In this document: positions 8,520 to 19,268 of the stretch, in pieces
How positions within the stretch are numbered: position 1 is the first letter of the stretch
How the letters are laid out: each line of letters starts with the position of its first letter
Position numbers and translations under genes: made by a program
Assembly: GCA_033791885.1 (NCBI GenBank)
Contig: JASJFV010000183.1
Coordinates: 1-33,850 of the forward strand
DNA from: Gammaproteobacteria bacterium
GTDB lineage: Bacteria > Pseudomonadota > Gammaproteobacteria > BMS3Bbin11
Direction of reading: 5' to 3'
Length of the DNA: 33,850 bases
Notes under the pieces: model-generated
What the model was told of the DNA's origin: nothing
What the model saw: the letters and a program-made list of their open reading frames with translations, nothing else
Databases searched by the model: none

Positions 8520-9706
8520 TACAATTTTCCTCTTAAATCTCTGAATCCAAAACCTGACAGTGGATGGTCATAATTTTTACCCAGGGCAATGATTTTAAAA
8601 AGTTCACCCATCTCAGCCGGTGAAGTTAACAACTGTATTTCGTGGTTGATACTGAGCTGCTGCTTCATTAGTGTGTCATTCTCATTATTAATGGCGACCA
8701 TTTCGGATAACCCGGAGCCAAGCAAAAAATTTGCCTGGGTAGTAAAACCCAGAACATCCATCTCAACCGCAACAGCAGCCTCGGCGACTGCAGTGAAATC
8801 AACATGCGCGGTAATATCCTGAATACCGACCATCGTCAGCGGATCAGGGTGCGAATGATGACGATAATGGCACATCAGTGTTCCACCTGTGCGTTGCGGA
8901 TGATAATACTCATGCCTTGGGAAACCATAATCGATAAGTAAAGCAACTCCCTGCGAGAGTCCTCTGGCGAGCATAGCGACCCAGCCATCAACGGCAGGAT
9001 TAAGTTCACTGCTGTAGCCGTCAGGCAAACCCAGCTGTGCAACCTTCTCGACCATTTTTTCCGTTGCCTGCGTCGAATCCCACTGGAAACCTGTTTCCGC
9101 TGTTTTTACCAGATACTGCTGGGCAATCCCCTGGTCATCAACAGCAAACATTTCTACCGGCATTGCATCAAGCACTTCATTAGCAACTATGACGCCGTTA
9201 ATAGGCTGTTCTGGCATGCGATCCAGCCAGACAAAACGACCGGCATGCTGCGGGACCAGCTGCTTCAATGTCTGTAGCTGGCGTTGCCGTAAATCAGGAG
9301 AAGTCTCCAATATGAAATAATGCTCAGGTAACACCTCGACATTCTCCAGTGCCTTAATCAAGGTTGCTGCAAGTTTGCCGCTGCCGGCTCCAAACTCAAG
9401 GATATCGCAGCTATCACCGATTCCTTCAAATATTTCCACAATCTGACGTGCCAGGCATTTTCCAAAGATGTCACCCAGCTCTGGTGCGGTTACAAAATCA
9501 CCCTCTGCGCCGAACCTCCTCTGGCCAGCGACGTAATAACCCATTGCGGGCGCATATAGCGCCAGGTCCATATATTCCGAAAAAGGGATTGCACCGCCCT
9601 TTTTCGCGATCACCTGCTGGATATTTTCAACCAGTTTGCGACTGTGCTCAGCAGAGGCCTTATCTGGCAAGGGTAATCCTGATATATTCTGTGGAGGAAA
9701 ACTCAT
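8519..9706 (-). CDS. SAM-dependent methyltransferase, MidA/NDUFAF7 family
   Basis: YMDLALY, GDFVTAPE, LEFGAGSG, NEVLDAMP, IDYG, QDITAHVDF, MGELFK. Confidence 0.92.
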   Translation of the reverse strand: MSFPPQNISGLPLPDKASAEHSRKLVENIQQVIAKKGGAIPFSEYMDLALYAPAMGYYVAGQRRFGAEGDFVTAPELGDIFGKCLARQIVEIFEGIGDSCDILEFGAGSGKLAATLIKALENVEVLPEHYFILETSPDLRQRQLQTLKQLVPQHAGRFVWLDRMPEQPINGVIVANEVLDAMPVEMFAVDDQGIAQQYLVKTAETGFQWDSTQATEKMVEKVAQLGLPDGYSSELNPAVDGWVAMLARGLSQGVALLIDYGFPRHEYYHPQRTGGTLMCHYRHHSHPDPLTMVGIQDITAHVDFTAVAEAAVAVEMDVLGFTTQANFLLGSGLSEMVAINNENDTLMKQQLSINHEIQLLTSPAEMGELFKIIALGKNYDHPLSGFGFRDLRGKL

Positions 9707-9708
9707 TG

Positions 9709-10452
9709 ATGTCCGTAAAAGAAAACAATCCTGTTGTATTAATTACCGGTAGCGCCCACCGGATAGGTGCCTGTATAGCCCGACACCTGCATCAGCAGGA
9801 CTACCGGGTGATCATTCATTATCATTCGTCAGCCGAGACAGCGCAAAATCTTATCGATGAACTGAACCAGCTCAGGGCCGATTCTGCGGACATGCTGAAG
9901 GCCAATCTTTCTGAACCGGAAGAGATCGAACAATTATCTAGGCAGGCGATAAAATGCTTTGGCCAACTCGACGTACTGGTCAATAATGCCTCGCGTTTTT
10001 TCCCAACGCCTATGGGCGACGTGACACTGACACAATGGGAAAACCTCGTCAATACGAACCTGCGGGCGCCTTTTTTTCTTACCCAGGCCTTGCAGCAGGA
10101 GCTGAAACGAAGCCACGGCTGTGTTATCAACATCACTGATGTCTATGGCCATCGCCCACTGAATAATCACCCGGTCTACTCAATGACAAAAGCCGGCCTG
10201 ATCATGCTGACAAAATCCCTGTCAAAAGAGATGGGGCCTGAAGTCAGGGTCAATGCTGTTTCTCCCGGCGCCATAATCTGGCCAGATAACGACCTATCAG
10301 ATGTCAGAAAGCGCGAAATTCTCGACAGCACCAGCCTGCAGCGAATCGGTGGGCCGGATGATATCGCGGAAACAGTCGCATTCCTTGCCAGGGCAGATTA
10401 TGTCACGGGGCAGGTCATTGCCGTTGACGGCGGACGGTTGATTCATATTTGA
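9709..10452 (+). CDS. Pteridine reductase (FolM-like SDR); start moved from 9364 to ATG 9709
   Basis: LITGSAHRIG, LVNNASRFFPT, YSMTK (YxxxK), VRVNAVSPG; GGAGG upstream of 9709. Confidence 0.9.
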   Translation: MSVKENNPVVLITGSAHRIGACIARHLHQQDYRVIIHYHSSAETAQNLIDELNQLRADSADMLKANLSEPEEIEQLSRQAIKCFGQLDVLVNNASRFFPTPMGDVTLTQWENLVNTNLRAPFFLTQALQQELKRSHGCVINITDVYGHRPLNNHPVYSMTKAGLIMLTKSLSKEMGPEVRVNAVSPGAIIWPDNDLSDVRKREILDSTSLQRIGGPDDIAETVAFLARADYVTGQVIAVDGGRLIHI

Positions 10453-10475
10453 ATTTGCCCCATATTTTCAGTCAA

Positions 10476-11282
10476 TCACCAGGGCAAAGGGCGACCTAGC
10501 CAGCTTTGTAGTTTCTGATTATGCTCAAAAAAGTATGATTGCAGGTACTTTCGATCAGTAGAAGTTAATTTTCTCTTTCTCGCTGCGTTATCAATTTTCA
10601 AACGGGAAAGAATTCTCTTAACCACACCAGTCTTATGTGTTGGTTCAGGAGGTTGGCTATCTATCTTATTCAGATGAGGCAAATCCTCTAGCACTGGCTG
10701 CATAGAGACTCCCAGATAACCAAGTATATCCGATAATACCTGTTGCGGATTCTGGATCAGTTCCTCGAAAAATACTACCTTCATTTGATCACGCCCAAAC
10801 AGGCGTTCAAACCTTATGAGATGCTCTATATAGCGACTTCTCTGGAGATAACTGAAGAAAATGTCAGAATGATCAGATTTGATTTTCAACCTTTTGTTTT
10901 CTTCAATCAACGCAGACATCAACTCCAGCGTCTCAACATTTTCTTCTACACTAAACTGATAGTGTGACCAAACCCTGTCTAGCGGGTTCCGCAGGATAAT
11001 AAGCAGTTTCACTTCTGGAATCGTTCGGAAAATGAATTCATCACATCCTTCCGTTGAAAGATAGTCCGGTGTTGCTTCTCCCGCTAAATTATTAACAGGA
11101 CAAGCTGAAAAAAGGTCACTGTAATCTTCAACAGAATCACCCAGATCTATATTTCGCTTATCGAAAAAATGTACCTCCTTAGTTTCAGGAAAAAATATTG
11201 ACGGTTGCCTGCGGAGTAATTCATGCAAAGTTGTTGTTCCACAACGCATACCACCGATGATCAGGAAATCAGGAACATTCAA
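10476..11282 (-). CDS. PAPS-dependent sulfotransferase family protein
   Basis: PDFLIIGGMRCGTT (5'-PSB), KEVHFFD, GEATPDY, LRNPLDRVWS (3'-PB). Confidence 0.9.
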   Translation of the reverse strand: MNVPDFLIIGGMRCGTTTLHELLRRQPSIFFPETKEVHFFDKRNIDLGDSVEDYSDLFSACPVNNLAGEATPDYLSTEGCDEFIFRTIPEVKLLIILRNPLDRVWSHYQFSVEENVETLELMSALIEENKRLKIKSDHSDIFFSYLQRSRYIEHLIRFERLFGRDQMKVVFFEELIQNPQQVLSDILGYLGVSMQPVLEDLPHLNKIDSQPPEPTHKTGVVKRILSRLKIDNAARKRKLTSTDRKYLQSYFFEHNQKLQSWLGRPLPW

Positions 11283-11420
11283 AACAGAGGACCTTCTCAG
11301 TTAGATCAAAAGAATATTGAATGTACTCTATAACCGGAAACAGCCCACCAGGTCGAAACATCAGGCTAACAACAATTACTAGTGAATCACTCATTGATGG
11401 AACATCACCCTGGTTGAATA

Positions 11421-11924
11421 TTATAAAATGAAAGGGCGTTGCAAAATATCTACTTGCCACAAATCCTGATTAGAAAAGTCTCCTTCTTCCCACAACCGAG
11501 AAAAACTCAATCCCAGCTCAGGGTGTATACCTGCAGGTGCCAGATCAGCCAGGGGCTTTAGCACAAATGCATTGTGCGTAATCTCCTGCCGCGGGATATC
11601 CCAATGATCATCATGACGAACAAGGTCACCATATATCAACAAATCGAGATCCATGGTTCGTGAAGTAAAACGCTCTTCGCCGCGTTTGCGCCCGCAGGAT
11701 TTCTCAATCTGACTGAGGATCTTGTCAATTTCCTGCAGCGAGCGTTTTGTATCGAAGCCCACGACCAGGTTGATGAAGTTGTCTCCGTCAAACCCTACCG
11801 CAATGGATTCATAAACTGGTGACAGCTCGATGGGTGAAAACTCAGAACGAATTGCATCCAGTGCCCTGGGAACATGAAGGCCAGCCTGCTGATTACTGCC
11901 GACACTGAGGTATACCTGTGTCAC
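11421..11924 (-). CDS. folK: 2-amino-4-hydroxy-6-hydroxymethyldihydropteridine diphosphokinase
   Basis: YLSVGSN, FINLV, RTMDLDLL, AFVLKPLADL; overlaps the folB stop. Confidence 0.94.
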   Translation of the reverse strand: MTQVYLSVGSNQQAGLHVPRALDAIRSEFSPIELSPVYESIAVGFDGDNFINLVVGFDTKRSLQEIDKILSQIEKSCGRKRGEERFTSRTMDLDLLIYGDLVRHDDHWDIPRQEITHNAFVLKPLADLAPAGIHPELGLSFSRLWEEGDFSNQDLWQVDILQRPFIL

Positions 11925-12280
11925 TCAAGCTTGCCTCGCTCTATGATGACACCAACATCGCGCCCGCCATTAATCGCACCTTTTTTATTCAACTTGATAC
12001 GGCACCAGGGAATTTCAAACTCATCAATGAGAATATCGGCAATTTTTTCTGCCAGTGCTTCGACCAGATCAAAATGGTTGTCTTCGATAAATCCAATAAC
12101 TCTCTTGGCGACTTCCTTGTAGTTGAGTGTGTCCTGAAGTCGATCGCTGGCTGCAGAAATGCGAATATCTGTTCCCATATCCAGGTCTAATGTCAATTGC
12201 TGAGTAATCTGCTTTTCCCATTCCCAGACACCAATTTGCGCATTAGCGACCAGCCCATGCAGGTAAATAATGTCCATCAT
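11921..12280 (-). CDS. folB: Dihydroneopterin aldolase
   Basis: IGVWEWE, DTLNY, LVEALAE, VGVIIER. Confidence 0.95.
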   Translation of the reverse strand: MMDIIYLHGLVANAQIGVWEWEKQITQQLTLDLDMGTDIRISAASDRLQDTLNYKEVAKRVIGFIEDNHFDLVEALAEKIADILIDEFEIPWCRIKLNKKGAINGGRDVGVIIERGKLE

Positions 12281-12311
12281 GTCGCACCCATATTTTTTGC
12301 ATTCAATTTAT

Positions 12312-13346
12312 TCATACTCCAGGTATTTCCAGCTCGGATATTTTCCATCTCGGCCTGATAGCCACTGCAATACCTTCTGACTCACCGGCCAGTAAGCGCA
12401 AGCAGCCAACGTAAGCAATCATTGCACCATTATCAGTACAGAACTCAGGGCGCGGGAAAAAGACATCGATATTTTCCTGCTCTGCCATCTCCGCCAGTTT
12501 ACTGCGTAATGACTGATTTGCCCCTACACCGCCAGCGACAACCAGCTCATTGCGCCCTGTCTGTCTTAGTGCCCGTTTAGCCTTGATGACCAGGGTATCA
12601 GTTGCAGCATCCTGGAATGCGTGGGCTATATCTGCACGAGTCTGTGCCGTTAACTGGTGTTCATCATTTTCATGTTCACGTGCCGTTGTCAGGGTAAATG
12701 TCTTTAATCCACTAAAACTGAAATCAAGGCCGGGCCGGTCTGTCATTGGTCGAGGAAATTTGAAGCATCCCGCTATGCCTTTTTCTGCTTCTTTTGAGAC
12801 CGATGGCCCTCCTGGATAACCCAGGCCAAGCAGCTTGGCTGTCTTGTCAAAAGCCTCACCAACAGCATCGTCCAGCGACTCGCCAAGAATATTGTATTCT
12901 CCTACACCGGCAACATCGGCCAGTAATGTATGGCCGCCCGAGACCAGTAAAGCGATAAAAGGAAACTGTGGGCGTCTTTCTTCCAGCATGGGAGCCAGCA
13001 AGTGCCCTTCCATATGATGCACTCCGATAGCGGGTACAGCCAGACCAAGCGCAAGGGCCTGGCCCATTGAAGCGCCTACCAGCAAGGCACCCGCAAGACC
13101 CGGGCCTCGGGTATATGCCACACCATCAACATCAGACAACAACAGCTGTGCTTGCTCAAGCAACTCCCTGACCAGGGGGACTAATTTACGGATATGGTCA
13201 CGCGCAGCCAATTCAGGCACAACACCGCCATATTCTGCATGCATGGCTACCTGTGAATACAGGCGATGAGCCAGCAACCCTCGCTCACTGTCGTAGAGGG
13301 CAACAGCCGTCTCATCACAGGAAGTTTCTATACCCAGTACCAGCAT
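12312..13346 (-). CDS. tsaD: tRNA N6-adenosine threonylcarbamoyltransferase
   Basis: [47 protein letters not shown]. Confidence 0.97.
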   Translation of the reverse strand: MLVLGIETSCDETAVALYDSERGLLAHRLYSQVAMHAEYGGVVPELAARDHIRKLVPLVRELLEQAQLLLSDVDGVAYTRGPGLAGALLVGASMGQALALGLAVPAIGVHHMEGHLLAPMLEERRPQFPFIALLVSGGHTLLADVAGVGEYNILGESLDDAVGEAFDKTAKLLGLGYPGGPSVSKEAEKGIAGCFKFPRPMTDRPGLDFSFSGLKTFTLTTAREHENDEHQLTAQTRADIAHAFQDAATDTLVIKAKRALRQTGRNELVVAGGVGANQSLRSKLAEMAEQENIDVFFPRPEFCTDNGAMIAYVGCLRLLAGESEGIAVAIRPRWKISELEIPGV

Positions 13347-13379
13347 GATGATTCTGAAATATCTTGAATCTAAGACTTA

Positions 13380-13919
13380 TTAACCAGGGTCACCGGGCAA
13401 GCGGATATAACTACACTGCATCTGCAAAGAACTGGCTGTATTGCTGATTGATGCGAGGCAGGCATGCTCCCTGCTCGGAGGCAACCATGCTGCAATCCGG
13501 ATCAGGTATTGCTGCTCTCCATCATTGCTCAATGGCTCAGCATTCAGGCGCACAATATTGGCATCAAACTCCATAAACACCTCTGTCAGTCGTGCAACCA
13601 GTCCCGGATGGTCGCCACCCTGGATAGTGATGCGATGAGTAATTTCGGTATTCGCAGCGGGCTTGGGAGAAAACTCAAAATCCACCACCTGAATTTCAGC
13701 ATCGCTCAATTCAGGTAAAGATGCGAGGGCATCTTTCAGCCCTGCCTTTGACACATCAGATGCAGATTCACAAACCGCGGTAAATTTTGCCCCGCTGCCG
13801 AGAACTGTAAAACTGGTCGAGCCCAGGTTTATGCCAAGATCAAACAGGCAGCCGCTGATGGCAGAAACCAGACCTGTTTTGTCCGATGAGAGGACGCTAA
13901 CGAGATAAACATTGTGCAT
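13380..13919 (-). CDS. Tandem ACT-domain protein (GcvR-like)
   Basis: Two ACT starts, DKTGLVSAIS and DHPGLVARLT. Confidence 0.8.
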   Translation of the reverse strand: MHNVYLVSVLSSDKTGLVSAISGCLFDLGINLGSTSFTVLGSGAKFTAVCESASDVSKAGLKDALASLPELSDAEIQVVDFEFSPKPAANTEITHRITIQGGDHPGLVARLTEVFMEFDANIVRLNAEPLSNDGEQQYLIRIAAWLPPSREHACLASISNTASSLQMQCSYIRLPGDPG

Positions 13920-14085
13920 ATAATTACTCCGACAAAATATTTTATCAGTCAGATTCTACCGATAGACCGTTGCCGGGTCAGCAATTGTCTGAATTAATTA
14001 ATGAGTAAGCCTGCTGATTCAAGGTTAAACGCCAGGAACTCGGTACTATAATAAATCTTGACGCCCGCTGAGACGTCAAGATATA

Positions 14086-14114
14086 TGTACAAAAATATAA
14101 AAGATGGTTATAAT
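14086..14114 (+). promoter_or_regulatory. Putative sigma-70 promoter of the rpsU operon
   Basis: TGTACA-17 bp-TATAAT, 46 bp upstream of the rpsU ATG. Confidence 0.45.
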
Positions 14115-14160
14115 GATCTGCTAACCAAATTATTTATGTTTTTATAAAGGAAACCATTGC

Positions 14161-14376
14161 ATGCCAAGTGTACGTATCCGCGAAGGCGAACCATTTGATA
14201 TCGTTCTCCGTAAATTTCGCCGTTCTTGCGAAAAAGCAGGCGTTTTTACAGAAGTTCGTCGCCGTGAGGCCTATGAAAAGCCAACCACTGTCCGCAAACG
14301 CAAGATGGCTGCTGCGAAGAAACGTGAAATGAAACGCATTTCACGCGACCGTCAGAACCTCTCTCGCAAATTCTAG
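14161..14376 (+). CDS. rpsU: 30S ribosomal protein S21
   Basis: [21 protein letters not shown]; position upstream of dnaG-rpoD. Confidence 0.97.
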   Translation: MPSVRIREGEPFDIVLRKFRRSCEKAGVFTEVRRREAYEKPTTVRKRKMAAAKKREMKRISRDRQNLSRKF

Positions 14377-14406
14377 AATCCACCTGATTTATCACATCCC
14401 CCTGGT

Positions 14407-14856
14407 ATGACTTCCATAAAGGACAGGCTCGCCAGTGACATGAAGCAGGCAATGCGCGATAAGGATATCGTACGCAAAGATACCTTGCGCATGTTGCGAG
14501 CGGCTATTCAGCGGCGTGAAGTTGATGAACGAGTAGAACTCGATGAAGTGCAGGTGCTTGCCGTCATTGAGAAGCAGGTCAAGCAAGCACGCGATTCCAT
14601 CGCCCAGTTTGAGCAGGGTGGGCGCCAGGACCTCGCTGAGAAAGAGAAAAATGAGCTTGATGTGCTGATCAGCTATCTGCCAGCACAACTGTCAGCGGAA
14701 GAAATCGAACATCACATTAAATCCGTTATTGATGAAACCGGCGCTAATAGCATGAAGGATATGGGCAAAGTCATGGGTAAGCTCAAGCCATTACTGCAGG
14801 GCAAGGCCGACATGGCGGCCGTCAGTGCAAGCATTAAAAACCAGCTGCAAGGATAA
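14407..14856 (+). CDS. GatB/YqeY domain protein
   Basis: DMKQAMR, GRQDLAEKE, YLPAQLS, KDMGKVMG. Confidence 0.93.
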   Translation: MTSIKDRLASDMKQAMRDKDIVRKDTLRMLRAAIQRREVDERVELDEVQVLAVIEKQVKQARDSIAQFEQGGRQDLAEKEKNELDVLISYLPAQLSAEEIEHHIKSVIDETGANSMKDMGKVMGKLKPLLQGKADMAAVSASIKNQLQG

Positions 14857-15131
14857 TCTCGAAACACCCTCTTCCTGAAGTGCATTACCAACACCTCGTC
14901 GATCCTGCAGAGGTATCGTCAGTTTCAATATTTCAACGGCAAGGTGCTTGCAGCATTTTCACAGCTAACGACATCCTGTCATCAACCCCATTGGCCATCA
15001 CGGCTCTATGCAATAGTTTTTCTTTTGCAATTGCTTAGTCGCTCAGATACTGGGAATATTGAGCTCAACATGCTCATCCACAACACAACTAAAGCGTCCT
15101 TAAGTGCCAGTTCCGGCAGAATATTTCTCAA

Positions 15132-16880
15132 ATGACCGGTCGTATTCCACCAGAATTTATTGACCAGCTACTGGCACGCGCAGACATAGTCGAAATCATC
15201 GACAGCCGCGTCCCGTTAAAAAAGGCAGGTCGTGAATACAAGGGCTGCTGCCCTTTTCATGATGAAAAAACTGCATCTTTTACCGTCAGCCCCGGCAAGC
15301 AGTTCTATCATTGTTTTGGCTGCGGAGCCCATGGCACGGCAATTGGCTTTCTGATGGAATATGACCACCTCGGCTTCCGCGAAACCATTGAGGAACTGGC
15401 AACACGCTATAGCATGACCGTGCCTGAAAGTGCCGGAAGTGAAACAACCGCTGAGCGCCGCAAACAGGCTGACCTGTACAGCATACTGGGACTAGCCAAC
15501 AGGCATTTTCAGCAACGCTTACGCGAAGACGAGTCAGCAAAAAACTATCTAATACAGCGCGGCCTGTCAGGCGAAATCGCCGCCCGTTATGAACTCGGCT
15601 ATGCGCGGGAAAGCTGGGATGACCTTCTCAATGCCCTGACTGAAAAAAACATCTCTGTAAAAGACCTGGATATGGCCGGCCTGGTTTCCATCAATGACCA
15701 GGGACGCACATATGACAAATTTCGTGGGCGCATAATATTTCCTATCCACGATCAACGGGGGCGGGTTATTGCATTCGGAGGAAGAATTCTTGGTGATGGG
15801 GAGCCAAAATATCTCAACTCCCCAGAAACACCCGTCTTTCACAAGGGCAAGGAACTCTATGGCCTGCACCAGGCATTAAATGTCATCAGCAAACAGCGCC
15901 AGGCACTGGTAGTAGAAGGTTATATGGATGTCATTGCCCTCGCCCAGGCAGGAATTGACAATGCCGTAGCGGCACTCGGTACTGCAACCACTCAGGCACA
16001 TATAGAAAGGCTATTTCGTCAATGTAATGAGATCATTTTCTGCTTTGATGGTGACCGCGCTGGTCGCCAGGCAGCCTGGAGAGCGCTGGAAAACTCGCTA
16101 CCATCGATGCGAGACGGTCGACAGGCCAGTTTCCTTTTTCTGCCCGAAGGTGAAGACCCGGATACCTATGTCAAAAAACTCGGCCGTGAAGACTTCATTC
16201 AGCAGGTTCAGCAGCAGTCTCTGCCGCTACCCGAGTATATGCTTAACCACCTGGCTGAAGGTATCGACCTTCAGCGCATGGATGGAAAGGCCAAGCTCGC
16301 AGGCCTGGCACGGCCATTATTAAACAACCTGCCCCGAGGAACTCTTAAGGCCCTGTTGCTGCAGGAACTGGCTCACATAACACATATGGATGAAGCGAGC
16401 CTGACAGAGCTGATGCAGGATGACGAAAAACCCGTACCTTCACGACAAAAAAGCCCGGCAACAAAATACAAAAAACATAATCTGATCGGCAAAACACTTA
16501 GCCTCCTGCTTGATCAACCAATGATGGCTCTTGATGTCCCCAATCTTGAGCGCCTGCGAAGCCTGGAGCTGGCAGGAATGGACGTTCTATGCCAGATTAT
16601 TGAATCAATCAAAGTTAGCCCTGACTTGACAACTAGTGCTATAATCGAGCGTTTTCGTGAAAAGATTTATTACGATCGCCTGTGTGAGTTGGCTAGCTCC
16701 AGAATTGATCTTGAGGATGATGCCGTAAAAACAGAGTTTACTGATGCCATTAACCGTCTGCATATAATGGCCATCGATCAGGAAACCGGGAAAATTACAT
16801 CCCGCTCAACTAAACTCAATGAAGAAGACAAATTGAGGCTGCGAAACCTGCAGCAGGAAAGATTTACTCTAAAGCAATAG
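15132..16880 (+). CDS. dnaG: DNA primase
   Basis: CPFHDEKT...CFGC zinc finger, PKYLNSPET, VEGYMDV, FDGDRAG. Confidence 0.98.
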   Translation: MTGRIPPEFIDQLLARADIVEIIDSRVPLKKAGREYKGCCPFHDEKTASFTVSPGKQFYHCFGCGAHGTAIGFLMEYDHLGFRETIEELATRYSMTVPESAGSETTAERRKQADLYSILGLANRHFQQRLREDESAKNYLIQRGLSGEIAARYELGYARESWDDLLNALTEKNISVKDLDMAGLVSINDQGRTYDKFRGRIIFPIHDQRGRVIAFGGRILGDGEPKYLNSPETPVFHKGKELYGLHQALNVISKQRQALVVEGYMDVIALAQAGIDNAVAALGTATTQAHIERLFRQCNEIIFCFDGDRAGRQAAWRALENSLPSMRDGRQASFLFLPEGEDPDTYVKKLGREDFIQQVQQQSLPLPEYMLNHLAEGIDLQRMDGKAKLAGLARPLLNNLPRGTLKALLLQELAHITHMDEASLTELMQDDEKPVPSRQKSPATKYKKHNLIGKTLSLLLDQPMMALDVPNLERLRSLELAGMDVLCQIIESIKVSPDLTTSAIIERFREKIYYDRLCELASSRIDLEDDAVKTEFTDAINRLHIMAIDQETGKITSRSTKLNEEDKLRLRNLQQERFTLKQ

Positions 16881-16977
16881 CCAAAACAAGGTTTGAAAAG
16901 ATTGATTTTCTAATTATTAGCACTATCTTCATCATATTACGAATCAAATTAACACTCAGCAACCGGACATAGTCTGC

Positions 16978-18789
16978 ATGGATCTTGAAACTAAACGCTT
17001 ACAACTAAAGAAACTCATTATCAAAGGTCGCGAACAGGGTTTTCTTACCTACAGCGAGATTAATGACCATCTTCCGGAAGACGTTCATGACACGGATCAG
17101 ATAGAAAATGTTGTGCAGATGATCAATGATATGGGCATTGACGTCTATGATCAGCCGCCTGATGCTGACAGCCTGATCATGAAAGCCGAAACAACTGATG
17201 AATCAGTTGTCGAAGAAGCAGAAGCTGTTCTTACCTCTGCAGTGGAAAGTGAATTCGGACGCACTACTGACCCGGTTCGTATGTACATGCGCGAAATGGG
17301 CACTGTCGACCTGTTGACTCGCGCAGATGAAATAAAACTGGCCAAACGCATCGAGGAAGGTATCCGTCAAAGTATGGGCGCCTCAGCTACCAGTCCTTTT
17401 ATTATTGAATCATTACTGGAAAAGATCCAGTTGATCGAAAACGAGGAAATGCGCCTGACGGATCTACTACTTGGCTACATTGATCCGAATGAGCCTGATG
17501 ACATCCCTACTCCTGCCCAGGTTGCTGTCGGTGCAGAGAAAAATGATTCTGAAGAAGATGATGAGCCTACCGGTCCAGACCCGGAAGAAGCGGCGCAGCG
17601 CTTTAAAAGTCTTAAGCGCCTGTATAACCGCCTGATCAAAGCCATTGCTGAAAAAGGCTCGCAAGATAAATCTGTTAAAAAGATTCAAAAGCAACTATCC
17701 GAAGAATTTCTCGAGATTAGGTTTACCCCGAAACAGACCCACATGTTCATTACCGGTGTAAAAACCATGGTAGGCGAAATTCGTCAGAGTGAACGTGAAA
17801 TCATGCGCATTACAGTTAAGCAGGGCCGGATTTCCAGAAAGGTCTTCATCCAGGCCTTCCCCGGCCATGAGACTGAAATTGAGTGGCTGGACAACATTAT
17901 TGAATCCGGTGATGGTGATACATCCGTACTGACAGGAAAACGTGACCGCATTGCCAGCCTGGCGGCTCGACTGACTGCTATTGAAGAGGTTGCCGGACTA
18001 CCTATTCACGAATTAAAAGAAATTAACCGCCTGGTGTCCATTGGTGAAGCGAAGGCACGTCGTGCCAAAAAAGAAATGGTCGAAGCCAACCTGCGCCTGG
18101 TCATTTCTATCGCAAAAAAATACACCAATCGTGGACTGCAATTCCTTGACCTCATTCAGGAAGGCAATATCGGCCTGATGAAAGCGGTAGATAAATTTGA
18201 ATACCGTCGTGGCTATAAATTCTCCACCTATGCAACCTGGTGGATTCGACAGGCAATCACCCGCTCAATTGCTGATCAGGCGCGCACTATTCGCATCCCT
18301 GTTCACATGATAGAAACGATTAACAAGCTTAATCGCATTTCACGCCAGATCATGCAGGAGCTCGGCCGTGAAGCGACGCCTGAAGAACTCGCTGAACGCA
18401 TGGAAATGCCGGAGGAAAAAATCCGCAAGGTATTGAAAATTGCCAAAGAACCTATCTCCATGGAAACACCTATTGGTGATGACGAAGATTCGCATCTTGG
18501 TGACTTCATTGAGGACAAGAACATTGAAGCACCGATGGATTCAGCTACCGGCTCTGGCCTGAAGTATGCCACAACTGATATTCTTGGCACGTTGACACAA
18601 CGTGAAGCCAAGGTTCTGCGTATGCGCTTCGGCATTGGCATGAATACCGACCATACTCTGGAAGAAGTAGGTAAACAATTTGACGTCACACGTGAACGTA
18701 TTCGTCAAATCGAGGCCAAGGCGCTGCGCAAGTTGCGCCATCCTTCGCGCTCGGAACATCTGCGAAGCTTCCTTGAGCCGAATCAATGA
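16978..18789 (+). CDS. rpoD: RNA polymerase sigma-70 factor
   Basis: [49 protein letters not shown]. Confidence 0.99.
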   Translation: MDLETKRLQLKKLIIKGREQGFLTYSEINDHLPEDVHDTDQIENVVQMINDMGIDVYDQPPDADSLIMKAETTDESVVEEAEAVLTSAVESEFGRTTDPVRMYMREMGTVDLLTRADEIKLAKRIEEGIRQSMGASATSPFIIESLLEKIQLIENEEMRLTDLLLGYIDPNEPDDIPTPAQVAVGAEKNDSEEDDEPTGPDPEEAAQRFKSLKRLYNRLIKAIAEKGSQDKSVKKIQKQLSEEFLEIRFTPKQTHMFITGVKTMVGEIRQSEREIMRITVKQGRISRKVFIQAFPGHETEIEWLDNIIESGDGDTSVLTGKRDRIASLAARLTAIEEVAGLPIHELKEINRLVSIGEAKARRAKKEMVEANLRLVISIAKKYTNRGLQFLDLIQEGNIGLMKAVDKFEYRRGYKFSTYATWWIRQAITRSIADQARTIRIPVHMIETINKLNRISRQIMQELGREATPEELAERMEMPEEKIRKVLKIAKEPISMETPIGDDEDSHLGDFIEDKNIEAPMDSATGSGLKYATTDILGTLTQREAKVLRMRFGIGMNTDHTLEEVGKQFDVTRERIRQIEAKALRKLRHPSRSEHLRSFLEPNQ

Positions 18790-18797
18790 TCTAATTC

Positions 18798-18874
<77 letters not shown>

Positions 18875-18984
18875 ACAAACACCTGAAAACATGGATGTTT
18901 TTAGTTGAAGAGTCTCCGACTCGGTACCGATGGGTACAAAAAAGGTACACGCCTGATGTTTCAACCGAAACGGAGGTAAACACC

Positions 18985-19083
18985 ATGGCAACAATCATAA
19001 AAACCGATGCTGGCACCTACAAAGCCATAGCCCGCAACAGCGGCGACCCCTGGCAAGTAAAACTTTCAAGAAGAAAGGCGATG
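18985..19083 (+). pseudogene. N-terminal remnant of a tyrosine integrase, frameshifted and truncated
   Basis: GGAGG RBS, MATIIKTDAGTYKAIARNSG then SKTFKKKGD in a shifted frame; resembles integrase N-termini; immediately downstream of the tRNA. Confidence 0.6.
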
Positions 19084-19268
19084 TCATCTGCACAGGAACA
19101 CCTGTTGCTCATATGCTTGCGTTATTGTCAGAACCGATGTGGAATGCTATTAATCCTTGATGCTATATTTTGAGTTAGAATTCAGAAACCTTCGGGAATA
19201 ACTCGTTAAATATAATGCTCAATATATCCCAAAAGGTACTTTGCCACTCAAAATAAGAAAACCGCATG

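Noticed and set aside
9364-9708. 115-aa N-terminal extension of the pteridine reductase
   Set aside because: It lies antisense within the MidA-family gene; SDR similarity starts after ATG 9709.
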